Source: an uncultured Acidobacteriota bacterium
GTDB lineage: Bacteria; Acidobacteriota; Vicinamibacteria; Vicinamibacterales; CAVVIG01
Reading direction: 5' to 3'
Length of the DNA stretch: 64,000 nucleotides
Assembly (NCBI GenBank): GCA_963840225.1
Contig: CAWIYH010000002.1
Coordinates: 839,934-903,933 of the forward strand
A model generated the notes under the pieces. The model ran no database searches, was not told the origin of the DNA, and saw only the letters and a list, made by a program, of their open reading frames with translations. Positions 7,022-16,387 of the stretch are shown piece by piece. Made by a program: the position numbers and the translations under genes. Within the stretch, counting starts at the first letter, position 1. The number at the start of each line of letters is the position of its first letter.

Positions 7022-10015
7022 CTATCGTCCGGCTCGTTTCGTCAGCGCATCGAGCTCCGTCCGGTAGAATTCCATCTGCGAACGCTGGTCGGCCGTCGGC
7101 CGCCCGGTCGAGTCTCCGAGCGATCGGTACAGGGTGGTGATGCGCGCCCGCAGCTCGCGCGCCGGCCGTCCGGCCTCGTCGTCGGGGGACGCGCCCCGCT
7201 CGTTCACCCGATCGACCAGCGCCGTCGCCGAGCGATACAGGTCCGCGATCGCGGTGAGCGCCGCGTTCCATTCCTGCCGTTCGGCCGCGCCCACCTGGAT
7301 TCGTGGATCGTCCTTCACGTCGACCGGCTGTTCGGTGCTGCCGCCGCCCGCAGACAGCCTGACGGTGTAGCGACCCGGCAGCACCAGCGGGCCGGGCAAC
7401 GGCTGCGCCCGCCGGCCGGGTTCGGACGCCTCGGGGGGCGGCAGGGGATCGCTCCTCAGGTTCCAGACCGCCCGGTTGATACCGGCGGCACCCGCCACGT
7501 GGAGCGTCGCGACGGTCGCCCCGGCCGCGTCGCGGACGGTCAGCGTGGCCGCCGGGTCGGGCGCGCGCAGGTAGAAGTCCACGATCGCGCCGGCGGGCGG
7601 ATTCTGACCGTGGAAGACCAGGTCGCCTTCGTGCGCCCTCGGGTTGAAGTAGCGTATCTCCTCGGCGGCGCGCACCGGAAAGAGATGCGCCGGGCGGGCC
7701 ATGACCTCCCCCGTCAGCTGTTGCAGCGACGCGATGTCGTCGAGAATCCAGACGCCGCGACCGTGGGTCGCCAGCACCAGGTCGTTGTCGCGGGGATGGA
7801 CGACCAGGTCGTTGACCGGCACGCGCGGCAGGTTGCTTCCGAACGCAATCCAGTGCCGGCCGGCATCGTTGGTCAGGTAGAGGCCGTGCTCGGTGCCGAT
7901 GTAGAGCAAGCGCGGGTTCTTCGGATCCTCGTGCACGGCGTGGATGACCCGCGCTGGCGGCAGGTCGCCGACGATCGACGTCCACGTGGCGCCGGAATCG
8001 GTCGAGCGATACAGGTAGTTGCCGAAGTCGTTGCTGCGGTGACCGTCGAACGACACGTAGACGGTCGCCGCGTCGTGCCGCGACGCCTCGATGCCCGACA
8101 CCCACATGCTCTCGGGGAGGCCCGCGAAGCGCCGCCTCACGTCGGCCCAGTGCCGCCCGTCATCCTGCGATACCTGGACGTTGCCGTCGTCGGTGCCGAC
8201 GTAGAGCAGCCCGCGCTTGAGCGGCGACTCCGCGATCTCGGTGAGGGTCGGGTAGTACGGGATGCCGTCGTCGAGCGCGGGGGTGGTCGGGCCCGGCAGC
8301 CGCCCCATGATGCGCAGCGTGCTGCGGTCGACCTGGGTCGTGAGATCGCCGAGCGAGGTCCACGTGTCTCCACGGTCGGTGCTCTTCCACAACCGGTTCG
8401 TCCCCGCGTACAGCGTGTCGGAGTCGAACGGCGACAGGATGAAGGGCGCGTCCCAGTTGGCGGGCGCCATCGCGTTGCCGAGCTCCGGCTCGACGGCGCC
8501 CCGCCTGCCCCACGTCTTCCAGTTGCGCCGCGCTTCGATGTGGCCCTGCCGGTCGCCGGGGCGGATATCGCGCTGCTCATTGGAAATCGAGTTGTTCCGC
8601 AGCAGCCCGAGGTACTGAGACTCGGAATAGAAGGTGCTGTCGTCGTTCGGATCGGCGAGGGCCTTGAAGCCATCGCCGCCGCACGTCCGGATCCAGTCGC
8701 CGCTGTCCACGCCGCTCGTGTAGGAGGTCGCGCTGGGGCCGCGCCAGCACCCGTTGTCCTGCAGCCCGCCGTACACCCAGTACGGGCGCCGCATGTCGAC
8801 GGCGACGTGGTACCACTGGCTGATCGGCAGCGACGTGACGTAGATCCATTTCACGCCGCGGTCGTACGACACGCCGACGCCGCCGTCGTCGGCCTTGAGC
8901 AGGTGGCGCGAATCGTGCGGGTCGATCCAGACCATCCGATCGTCGCCGTGCAGCGACTGTCGCGGCGACACGAATGTCTTGCCGCCGTCGTCGGAGTAGC
9001 TGTAGCTGACCATGTAGATCCGCCTGTCGTCGTTCGGGTCGACGCGGATCTGGCTGGCGTAGGTCGGTCGCGGGTTCCAGTCGCCCATCAACCGCCACGA
9101 TTCGCCCTTGTCGTTAGACCGGTAGATGCCGCCCTGCCGCTCCTCGTATGCGGTCGACGCGTTGTAGCGAAGGCCCTGCTCGACCGAGGCGTACACGACG
9201 CTCGGGTTCTTGCGATAGATCGAGATGCCGATGCGACCCAGCTCGCCCGAGGGAAGCCCGCCGGTCAGCTTCTTCCAGTGGGAGCCGCCGTCCGTGGTCT
9301 TATAGAGCGCGTTGCCCGGACCGCCGCCGTCGAACCCGTACGCGCGCCGCCGCCGCTGGTGCGCCGCCGCATACAGGATATTCGGGTCGGAGGGGTCCAT
9401 GGCGACGTCGCTGACGCCGGTGTCCTCGTCCAGCTGCAGCGAGGCCGTCCACGTCTTTCCGCCGTCGATCGACTTGTACAGACCGCGTTCCTTGTTCGGC
9501 CCCCACAGGTGCCCGAGCGCGGCGACGTACACGGTGTCCGGATTGGTCGGATGGAGGACGATGCGGCCGATATGCTCGCTGTCGCGGAGGCCCATGTTCG
9601 TCCACGTCCGGCCGGCGTCGACCGACTTGTAGGCGCCGTTGCCCCATCCCGAGCTTTGCCGGTTCGTGGCCTCGCCGGTCCCGACCCACACGACATCCGG
9701 GCTGGACTGGCTGACCGTCACGCAGCCGACCGACGCGACCGCCTCGTGCTCGAACACCGGAACGAACGTGGTGCCGTTGTCGGTCGTCTTCCAGACGCCG
9801 CCGGTGGCGCTGGCGACGTAGTACGTGCTGGTGTTGGATTCGACGACCGCGAGGTCGACGACGCGGCCGCTCATGGCAGCCGGCCCGATGGTGCGGAAGC
9901 TGAGGCCGGCGAGGGTCCCGGGCCGCAGGGGAGCGTCCTGGGCGGCGGGAGCCGCGGCGGACAAGGCGGTCGCGAGCGCAAACAGCAGGCCGGGCAGCGG
10001 ACGGGTTCGGGTCAT
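7022..10015 (-). CDS. secreted BNR/Asp-box repeat protein (sortilin/VPS10-like)
   Basis: 997 aa with a signal peptide. About ten S/T-x-D-x-G-x-T/S-W repeats (TTDNGTTF, SVDAGRTWT, SIDGGKTWT, TTDGGSHW, SNDKGESW, STDRGDTWT, SQDDGRHW, STDSGATWT, TNDAGRHW). Confidence 0.8.
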   Translation of the reverse strand: MTRTRPLPGLLFALATALSAAAPAAQDAPLRPGTLAGLSFRTIGPAAMSGRVVDLAVVESNTSTYYVASATGGVWKTTDNGTTFVPVFEHEAVASVGCVTVSQSSPDVVWVGTGEATNRQSSGWGNGAYKSVDAGRTWTNMGLRDSEHIGRIVLHPTNPDTVYVAALGHLWGPNKERGLYKSIDGGKTWTASLQLDEDTGVSDVAMDPSDPNILYAAAHQRRRRAYGFDGGGPGNALYKTTDGGSHWKKLTGGLPSGELGRIGISIYRKNPSVVYASVEQGLRYNASTAYEERQGGIYRSNDKGESWRLMGDWNPRPTYASQIRVDPNDDRRIYMVSYSYSDDGGKTFVSPRQSLHGDDRMVWIDPHDSRHLLKADDGGVGVSYDRGVKWIYVTSLPISQWYHVAVDMRRPYWVYGGLQDNGCWRGPSATSYTSGVDSGDWIRTCGGDGFKALADPNDDSTFYSESQYLGLLRNNSISNEQRDIRPGDRQGHIEARRNWKTWGRRGAVEPELGNAMAPANWDAPFILSPFDSDTLYAGTNRLWKSTDRGDTWTSLGDLTTQVDRSTLRIMGRLPGPTTPALDDGIPYYPTLTEIAESPLKRGLLYVGTDDGNVQVSQDDGRHWADVRRRFAGLPESMWVSGIEASRHDAATVYVSFDGHRSNDFGNYLYRSTDSGATWTSIVGDLPPARVIHAVHEDPKNPRLLYIGTEHGLYLTNDAGRHWIAFGSNLPRVPVNDLVVHPRDNDLVLATHGRGVWILDDIASLQQLTGEVMARPAHLFPVRAAEEIRYFNPRAHEGDLVFHGQNPPAGAIVDFYLRAPDPAATLTVRDAAGATVATLHVAGAAGINRAVWNLRSDPLPPPEASEPGRRAQPLPGPLVLPGRYTVRLSAGGGSTEQPVDVKDDPRIQVGAAERQEWNAALTAIADLYRSATALVDRVNERGASPDDEAGRPARELRARITTLYRSLGDSTGRPTADQRSQMEFYRTELDALTKRAGR

Positions 10016-10190
10016 CGGGGCGCTCCTGAAAAGGGAGCGGGCATCTTATCGCGCGCGGGAGGTCCGTTGGCTCAGGCGGGTACAACGGCTGACAAATGCC
10101 GAGTTGACAGGTCGGATATCGGACATGTACGCTGGCTATATTGAGACTGAGTCTCGTTTTCGAGACCCGATCCAGCACACTTCATCGGCC

Positions 10191-10973
10191 ATGCTGCAAG
10201 CGTTCGTCATCACGCTCCGCGAGGGTCTCGAGGCCTTCCTGATTGTCGCTATCAGCCTGTCGTACCTCCGGAAGTCAGGCCGCGTCCAGCTGGCGCGAGC
10301 GGTCCACTGGGGCATTGCGGCGGCGGTCGCCCTGAGCCTGGGTGGCGGGTACCTGCTGTACCACGCGGCCAACCAGGAGTGGCTCGACGGGCCGCTGGCC
10401 ATCGTGGCGGCCGTCTCGGTCACCTGGATGGTGGTCCACATGTGGCGCGCCGGACGGCACATGAGGCGCGATATCGAGGGGCGGCTCTACTCGTCCAGCG
10501 GCCGGCCAGGCGCGGGGGCCTTCGCGGGCGTCTTCCTGTTCACGGTCCTCATGGTGACGCGCGAGGGCATGGAGACGGCACTGCTGCTCCTGCAGCTCAG
10601 GGAGACGCTGAACCTGGCCGTGGGCGCCGCGGCCGGCGTCGCCGGCGCCGCCGCGGTGGCCTGGATGTGGTCCCGCTACGGCCACCGCGTCAACCTCATG
10701 CTCTTCTTCCAGGCGACCGCGATCTTCCTCTTCGTGTTCGTCGTGCAGCTGACGATTCGGGGCGTGCATGAAATGGCCGAGCAGAACTTCCTGCCTGCGA
10801 GCGCCCTCATCCACGATCGTACCGAGGCATGGGGCCCGGACAGCCCGTTCGGCCACATGCTCACCTATTCGCTCGTCGTGCTGCCGGCGATCTGGCTCGT
10901 GATTCGGTCGTCGATCTTCCGCCCCCGGCCGCGGCGGCGCGATGCGCTCCCGCAGAGCTCCGCCGTTCGCTAG
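10191..10973 (+). CDS. FTR1-family high-affinity iron permease
   Basis: ATG at 10191; 260 aa, multi-TM. Two REXXE iron-binding motifs (REGLEA, REGMET). Confidence 0.85.
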   Translation: MLQAFVITLREGLEAFLIVAISLSYLRKSGRVQLARAVHWGIAAAVALSLGGGYLLYHAANQEWLDGPLAIVAAVSVTWMVVHMWRAGRHMRRDIEGRLYSSSGRPGAGAFAGVFLFTVLMVTREGMETALLLLQLRETLNLAVGAAAGVAGAAAVAWMWSRYGHRVNLMLFFQATAIFLFVFVVQLTIRGVHEMAEQNFLPASALIHDRTEAWGPDSPFGHMLTYSLVVLPAIWLVIRSSIFRPRPRRRDALPQSSAVR

Positions 10974-11061
10974 CAGGGGCGCACAATCCCTCGGCCCACG
11001 TCGCGACTGAGACGAGTGGCGGTGCGACAGGTGCTTGGGCATCCGCCATGTCGATATCGTC

Positions 11062-12861
11062 TCAGACTGGCGGCGGGTCGGCCAGGACATCCGCGTCGGC
11101 GCCGCCACCGAGTTCGCCGACGAACGTCGTGAGAAGTTCGCGGACCCGATGTTGTGCCGCCCGCGGCCGGAACGAATGGCCCGCGCCGTCCACCACCACG
11201 GAGCGGATCGTCTCCTGGACGGCCGGGTTCCGGACCGCGCGTTGCGCATGGGCTTCGAAGTAGGCAAGTCCGTCGCCGCAAGCGCTGAAGACCAACAGCG
11301 TCCGGATTCGACGGCCAGCGATGGCCACGAGATCGCGCGCGAGGCCCTCGGGCGGTGTATGAGCGAACGCGGCGCTGAAACGGTGCGCGAGCCGTCGCGA
11401 CAGCGCTTCTGTCACGGTGCGAGTGAAGGCTGAAATCGACGCCTGCCCGCGCAGCGCCTTCGCCCATTTCTGCGGGGCGCGAATCGACTGCCGATACCGT
11501 TCGAGCTCACGCCCCTCGGCCAGCCATTTCGCTCCACCATCCGGCTCGCGCAGGTAAAGCGGTGGATTGATCGCCGCGACGGCGTCGACCTCGACGCCGT
11601 CGGCTGCGGCGCGAAAGGCCAGCCACGCGCCGGAGCACAGGCCGACGCCCACGACCGGTCGACCTGGCGCCGACGTTCGCAGGAACTCGATGGCCGCCCG
11701 CGCATCGTCGAACATGTGCGACGGGTAGGCGACTTGTGCCGTCGCGCCCGGAGGGGGCGCGCTGTCGCCGATGCCGCCGATGTCGAATCGCAGCACGACG
11801 TGCCCGGACGCGACCCACTGACGCGCGAGCGGGACGTACATCCGGTGCGGACCGATGTGATGTTCGACGCCGGTGTTGAAGAAGACGATCGCGGCACGAG
11901 AGCCCGGTCGGTGCGGTGTGCCGAGCACCCCGAACAGCCGCTCGTTTCGACCGAAGCGGACGGTCCGTTCGAGAACGCCATCGACGCGCGAAGCGTGATG
12001 CCCGGCGTCAGAGGACGCGGCGCGCCGGCGGTTCGTCGAACAGACAGGCCAGGCCGCAAGCCAGTCGACGATCGCGCGGATCGGGGCCTCTGGAACCGTC
12101 GCGAGCTGCGGCGGCACGAGCATCGCCTCCGTGCCGTCCGGACGAATCTCCGTGACACGACACCCGAGCTGCGTGAGCGTCGGCGCAACGGCCGAAACCG
12201 GCGTCCGACCGTCGCGGTGGACGATGAGGACGTCGCGGGCGGGGCAGGCCGCGATCGCGCCTGGCGTCAGGGTGGAGAGGCCATCCAGCGTGCTTCTGCT
12301 GATCGCATGTCCGGCGACGTTCAGTTCGTCGGGCGGATCGTCGGCGACGGCGTGGTCCTGCCGGCTCAACGCGGCGAGAGCTCTTGTTTCCCGCGCACAT
12401 TCGGAGCCGGACGCGAACGGACTCCACAGCACCAGACGATCGACGTCCGCCCCCGCCCCCGCATGCAGCGCGAGCAGCGCGCCCGCGCGAAGACCGACGA
12501 GCGCTACGCTGCGGGAAGCGGACAGGTCGCGGGCGACGGCCATGGCGTGCCGGACGCTGCGCAGCCAGGCGTCGACGCGATGGGGGTCGGCGTAGTCGCC
12601 GGCAGAATTGCCCGTCCCGTCGTAGTCGAGCCGCAGCACGTCGAACCCGGTCCGGGCGATCGAATCCGCGAGGATTCTCCACGCGTGATACGCCGACATG
12701 TACTCGTAGCCGAGCGGGGGACACAGCACGACGCCGGCACCTCTACGCAGATCCGCAGCCGGCGCATGGTGCCAGACGAACAGCGGACGTCCCTCGTCCC
12801 CCGGGATGAACCGGGCGGCTGCGGTGACCAGCGCTTCGTGGTGCGCGGTCTCAGGTGACAT
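11062..12861 (-). CDS. tandem alpha/beta-hydrolase-fold protein (two fused domains; Arg and Cys at the nucleophile elbows)
   Basis: ATG at 12861 (GGAG 7 nt upstream; alternative GTG at 12891). 599 aa. N-half: FDVLRLDYDGTGNSAGDY...VGLRAGALLA. C-half: VVLRFDIGGIGDSAPPP...VGLCSGAWLA. The start overlaps the GH2 stop by 11 nt. Confidence 0.75.
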   Translation of the reverse strand: MSPETAHHEALVTAAARFIPGDEGRPLFVWHHAPAADLRRGAGVVLCPPLGYEYMSAYHAWRILADSIARTGFDVLRLDYDGTGNSAGDYADPHRVDAWLRSVRHAMAVARDLSASRSVALVGLRAGALLALHAGAGADVDRLVLWSPFASGSECARETRALAALSRQDHAVADDPPDELNVAGHAISRSTLDGLSTLTPGAIAACPARDVLIVHRDGRTPVSAVAPTLTQLGCRVTEIRPDGTEAMLVPPQLATVPEAPIRAIVDWLAAWPVCSTNRRRAASSDAGHHASRVDGVLERTVRFGRNERLFGVLGTPHRPGSRAAIVFFNTGVEHHIGPHRMYVPLARQWVASGHVVLRFDIGGIGDSAPPPGATAQVAYPSHMFDDARAAIEFLRTSAPGRPVVGVGLCSGAWLAFRAAADGVEVDAVAAINPPLYLREPDGGAKWLAEGRELERYRQSIRAPQKWAKALRGQASISAFTRTVTEALSRRLAHRFSAAFAHTPPEGLARDLVAIAGRRIRTLLVFSACGDGLAYFEAHAQRAVRNPAVQETIRSVVVDGAGHSFRPRAAQHRVRELLTTFVGELGGGADADVLADPPPV

Positions 12862-15382
12862 CGACCGGCTCCGCCGCGACTGATATCGCACGGCCGTTCA
12901 ACGCCGACACGCTGCCCCGCGGCGCCGCCCCGCGCGCTTGCGCCGCCAGCCGGATGCATCTGGTCTGTCCAGGTTCGACGCTCACATAATTGTCGTCCGG
13001 CGTGAACTGATCGAACCCGATCGACACCGCATGCGCGAACCGTCTCGTCTCGAGGTACAGCGCGAAGCCGCCCGGCGCCGGTTCGACGCGGGCCGCGAGC
13101 CCGATGTCCCGCTCGTCGGGCGGCAGCGTCCCGGGGAAATAGCAGGCGTCGGCGAGCAGCGTGCCTGTCGCCCGGTCGCGCAGCGTCGCGGCAACCAGAT
13201 CGTGCGCGCGCGGTCCGAAGCGATAGGCGTCCGTGAGATCGCGAAAGCCGCCCGCGAGCGCGTCGACGTGAAGGGATGCAAAGCCGCGCGGCGCCACATG
13301 GATCCCGCGGTGATCCGGCGCACCATGCGGCAGCCCGTCCCGGTAGACGGTGAGCTGCAGGTTGCCGGCGACCGCGTCCACCGAGTCGTTGACGACGTGC
13401 AGCCACAATCCGTTGAGCCCCTCGTCGGCGAACAGGAGCGCGATCGGCGCGAGCGCGCGCTTGAGATACCAATACGCTGCCTTCGGGCGGCCCGTGGAAT
13501 CGACGATTCCCCATCCCGCACCCGGCTCGAGATCCTGTGCGAGCCAGACCAGCGCGCCACGACAGGTCGACCCTGGCCGGCGCCATTCGGCGAACGTCCG
13601 CAGCATCGCCTCTGCGGTCGCGATGCGGCCGAGCGTCAGATAGCGCTCCGGATCGCGGGAGCGAAGCGCGAGGGACGGGACGCCGAAGAGCCGTTCGACG
13701 TAGTGGTCCCTCACCTCTTCGAAGTCCCAGGCCGCGCCGCGATCGCGCGGCACGCGCGCCTTCCATCGCGGATCGTGTCCGATGCCGGATCTCCCACTCA
13801 ACACGAGGGCCACGGTCGGCTCGTCAGGAACGTTCGAGAACGCGAGGCACTCGGCCGCGAACCGCACCCCGGCGCGCCGCGCGTCGTCGAGCGGGCGGCG
13901 ATAGGCGCCCACCCCGTAGTAGTGGCTGACGCCGCTGTTCACCTGAAACGGGAACGTCCCGCCGATCGGGGTCGTCGGCAGCCAGACCGCGTCGGGCGCG
14001 ATCTCCCGCGCGAGCGCGCCGAGCGATTCGTCGCCGGCCGGGTTGGATCGCGTTGCGGCATCCAGGCCGAACATCGCCGCCTGCTGATCGACCTCGCTGT
14101 TGCCGCAGACGACGGCGAGCGACGGCCGCGACTGCAGCGCCCGAAGCACCTGCGCCGCCTCGAGCGTCGCGCTTCGCCGGAAGCCCTCGTCGGTCCAGGG
14201 GTAGTCCATGCTGGCGAACATCAAGTCCTGCCACACCAGGATGCCGAGTTCGTCGCAGAGATCGTGAAAGGCGTCGGCCTCGTAGGTCATCGTGCCGGGG
14301 ACGCGGATCATGTTGATGCCCCCGTCGCGCAGGCGCTCGAGCGCCGTGCGGTACGCCGACTCGTCCACGAGCAACCGATGGAGATCCAGCGGAGTCCAGC
14401 AGACGCCACGGCAGAACACCGGCACGCCGTTCAGGACGAGACCGAACGCCTGGCCGTCGGTGCCGCGATCGAGCTGGAGCGTTCGGAAGCCGACGCCTCC
14501 GAGGTCGACCGCCTCCGCCGCCGAGTCGACGCCGAGCGATGCGCGCACGCCGTACAGGGCCGGGCGGCCGTGTGTGTGAGGCCACCACCGCTCCGGCCGC
14601 GGCACGCGGACGAGCGCCGACAGATCGTACGAACCGTCCGCGCGCCGCGTCCCGGTCACAGACTGCGTGCAGTTGCCGACGCTCACGGCGCCTGCGACGC
14701 CGGCGCGCGCGCCGTCAGTCGTCCTCACCTGAAGATCGACGCTGACGACGCCGTCCTCACCGTCGATCCGTGCGTGAACCGCGGCGCGCTCGATCGCGAA
14801 GGCCGACGACTCGAGGGAAATGGGGCGCCACGGGCCGACCGGCGCGATCGGCGGGCACCAGCCCGGCATCCGCCCGAGCAGGGAGGTCCGGTACCACCGG
14901 AGGGCCTGGTGCGAGACGAGCTGTGCACGCCATCGGGGACGCGGGCGCTTCGGAGCGAGCAGCGGCGCGAGCGCGTGAAAGCGCAGGAGGAGCTCGTTGT
15001 CGGGCCGGATGGCGCCGTCGAGCTCCACGATATGCGCGAGAAACATGTTGTCCGACTGCAGGACGAGCCGGCCGTTCAGCCACACGTCGGCGATGGTGGC
15101 GAGTCCGCCGAACGTCATGCGGCGAACCCCGGAGCCGGCCGAAAACCGGCAGCGATACCACCAATCGTCCGCGTCGAGATCGATCATCCGATCGGACGTC
15201 CCCTCGCCGGCGGCCCGCAGAGCCGCCGCGACCGGCAGCGGGCTCTCGGAGCGAATCCAGCGGGCCTGCCGGGCGTCAAGAGCCTGCGGATCAAGCGCCG
15301 AACCGGGTGGCAGCCTCGCGACCTCCCAGCGGCCCCCGAGCGGGACGGCACGGCGCGGGCCCAGGATTCGGGCTGACGCCAT
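12851..15382 (-). CDS. glycoside hydrolase family 2 protein (beta-mannosidase-like), no signal peptide
   Basis: 843 aa. DVWLNGRLV sugar-binding-domain region, GINMIRVPGTMTYEADAFHDLCDELGILVWQDLMFA, a GNSE acid/base-type motif and FAAECLAF. Confidence 0.85.
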   Translation of the reverse strand: MASARILGPRRAVPLGGRWEVARLPPGSALDPQALDARQARWIRSESPLPVAAALRAAGEGTSDRMIDLDADDWWYRCRFSAGSGVRRMTFGGLATIADVWLNGRLVLQSDNMFLAHIVELDGAIRPDNELLLRFHALAPLLAPKRPRPRWRAQLVSHQALRWYRTSLLGRMPGWCPPIAPVGPWRPISLESSAFAIERAAVHARIDGEDGVVSVDLQVRTTDGARAGVAGAVSVGNCTQSVTGTRRADGSYDLSALVRVPRPERWWPHTHGRPALYGVRASLGVDSAAEAVDLGGVGFRTLQLDRGTDGQAFGLVLNGVPVFCRGVCWTPLDLHRLLVDESAYRTALERLRDGGINMIRVPGTMTYEADAFHDLCDELGILVWQDLMFASMDYPWTDEGFRRSATLEAAQVLRALQSRPSLAVVCGNSEVDQQAAMFGLDAATRSNPAGDESLGALAREIAPDAVWLPTTPIGGTFPFQVNSGVSHYYGVGAYRRPLDDARRAGVRFAAECLAFSNVPDEPTVALVLSGRSGIGHDPRWKARVPRDRGAAWDFEEVRDHYVERLFGVPSLALRSRDPERYLTLGRIATAEAMLRTFAEWRRPGSTCRGALVWLAQDLEPGAGWGIVDSTGRPKAAYWYLKRALAPIALLFADEGLNGLWLHVVNDSVDAVAGNLQLTVYRDGLPHGAPDHRGIHVAPRGFASLHVDALAGGFRDLTDAYRFGPRAHDLVAATLRDRATGTLLADACYFPGTLPPDERDIGLAARVEPAPGGFALYLETRRFAHAVSIGFDQFTPDDNYVSVEPGQTRCIRLAAQARGAAPRGSVSALNGRAISVAAEPVDVT

Positions 15383-15388
15383 CGCTCG

Positions 15389-16387
15389 TCATCTCCCGCC
15401 CGCGGCCGCGCCGCATCGTTCGGCGAGGCCGGTCATCACGCGATCCCACGCCTGCGCCATCGGATCGACCAGCGGCGCCGGATCGAACGGGCGTCGCGTC
15501 CGGACGACGCGCGCCGTCTTGAACTGGAGCGCCTTGGCCTGGGTCGCGATGAGATCGCACGAGTCGGTCAGCTGTTCGAGCCCGCGCTCGCCGTTCGCCG
15601 CGAGCCAGCGCAGGTAGGTCGCCGCCAGCTCGAACGCGGCACCGCACTGCCGCAGCGTGGCGAACGCGTAGCGATGGTAGTGCTCCAGCGTTGCGCCGGA
15701 CACGACCTCGAGGTCGTGGGACATCCGTGCCGCGTACCGCCGGAAGGGGTTGCTCGACGGCGCGCGCTCGAGATGGAGGCGCAGGCGATCGCGGGAGGCG
15801 TTCACCAGGGCACGCCCTGTCGATCCGGGACGCGGCGGCAGCTTGACCGCCTCGACGTAGGGCGGCAGACATTCCGGCCGCTCCAGATCCGCCGTGAGCC
15901 TCAGCACCCCGCTGAAATCGTCCCCTTGCAGCTCGAAGTAGCCGCCGTTGTGAAAGTAGCCGAGCCACGCGCCGCTTCGGTCGAGCGCCTGGATGCCGAT
16001 GGAGCTCTTGACGTGGTCGCGTCGATAGGACGTGCCGGCCGTATCGGGCAGAAAGAACGCATCGACCTCCACGATCGGCAGACGGCCGCGTTCGAGCTGC
16101 TCCTCGACGTGTCCGACGAGCCGATCCCAGATGGTCAGCTCGATCACGTCCACGCCGTACAACGCGTGCAGATCCTCGAGCGGGAACTTGAAGAACGTCC
16201 ACTGATCGCCTTCGAAGTCGACGGCGAACGTGAACGGCAGCGCAGCCGTCGGTTCGGCGTTCCACGCGTGCAGCAGCTCGATCCAGAGATCGACCGCGCA
16301 GTTGGCTTCGGGCCAGGTGCGGTCGCTGCCATGAACCGCATGCCGGACGTAGCGGGCCGCATCGATCGGCCAGAGCTGACGCCTCAT
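15389..16387 (-). CDS. DUF1839-like protein
   Basis: Internal ATG at 16387 forms an ATGA overlap with the ligase stop; the upstream part of the 512-aa ORF overlaps the ligase gene out of frame. 332 aa: MRRQLWPIDAARYVRHAVHGSDRTWPEANCAVDLWIELLHAWN... Family recognised from memory only. Confidence 0.65.
   Translation of the reverse strand: MRRQLWPIDAARYVRHAVHGSDRTWPEANCAVDLWIELLHAWNAEPTAALPFTFAVDFEGDQWTFFKFPLEDLHALYGVDVIELTIWDRLVGHVEEQLERGRLPIVEVDAFFLPDTAGTSYRRDHVKSSIGIQALDRSGAWLGYFHNGGYFELQGDDFSGVLRLTADLERPECLPPYVEAVKLPPRPGSTGRALVNASRDRLRLHLERAPSSNPFRRYAARMSHDLEVVSGATLEHYHRYAFATLRQCGAAFELAATYLRWLAANGERGLEQLTDSCDLIATQAKALQFKTARVVRTRRPFDPAPLVDPMAQAWDRVMTGLAERCGAAAGGR

Noticed and set aside
7499-15376. 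Long plus-strand ORFs 7499-10144 (881 aa) and 12938-15376 (812 aa), plus many 100-400-aa ORFs across this span.
   Set aside because: They are antisense to the BNR-repeat gene and the GH2 gene. Composition is dominated by R/G/A/P/D with no recognisable domains.
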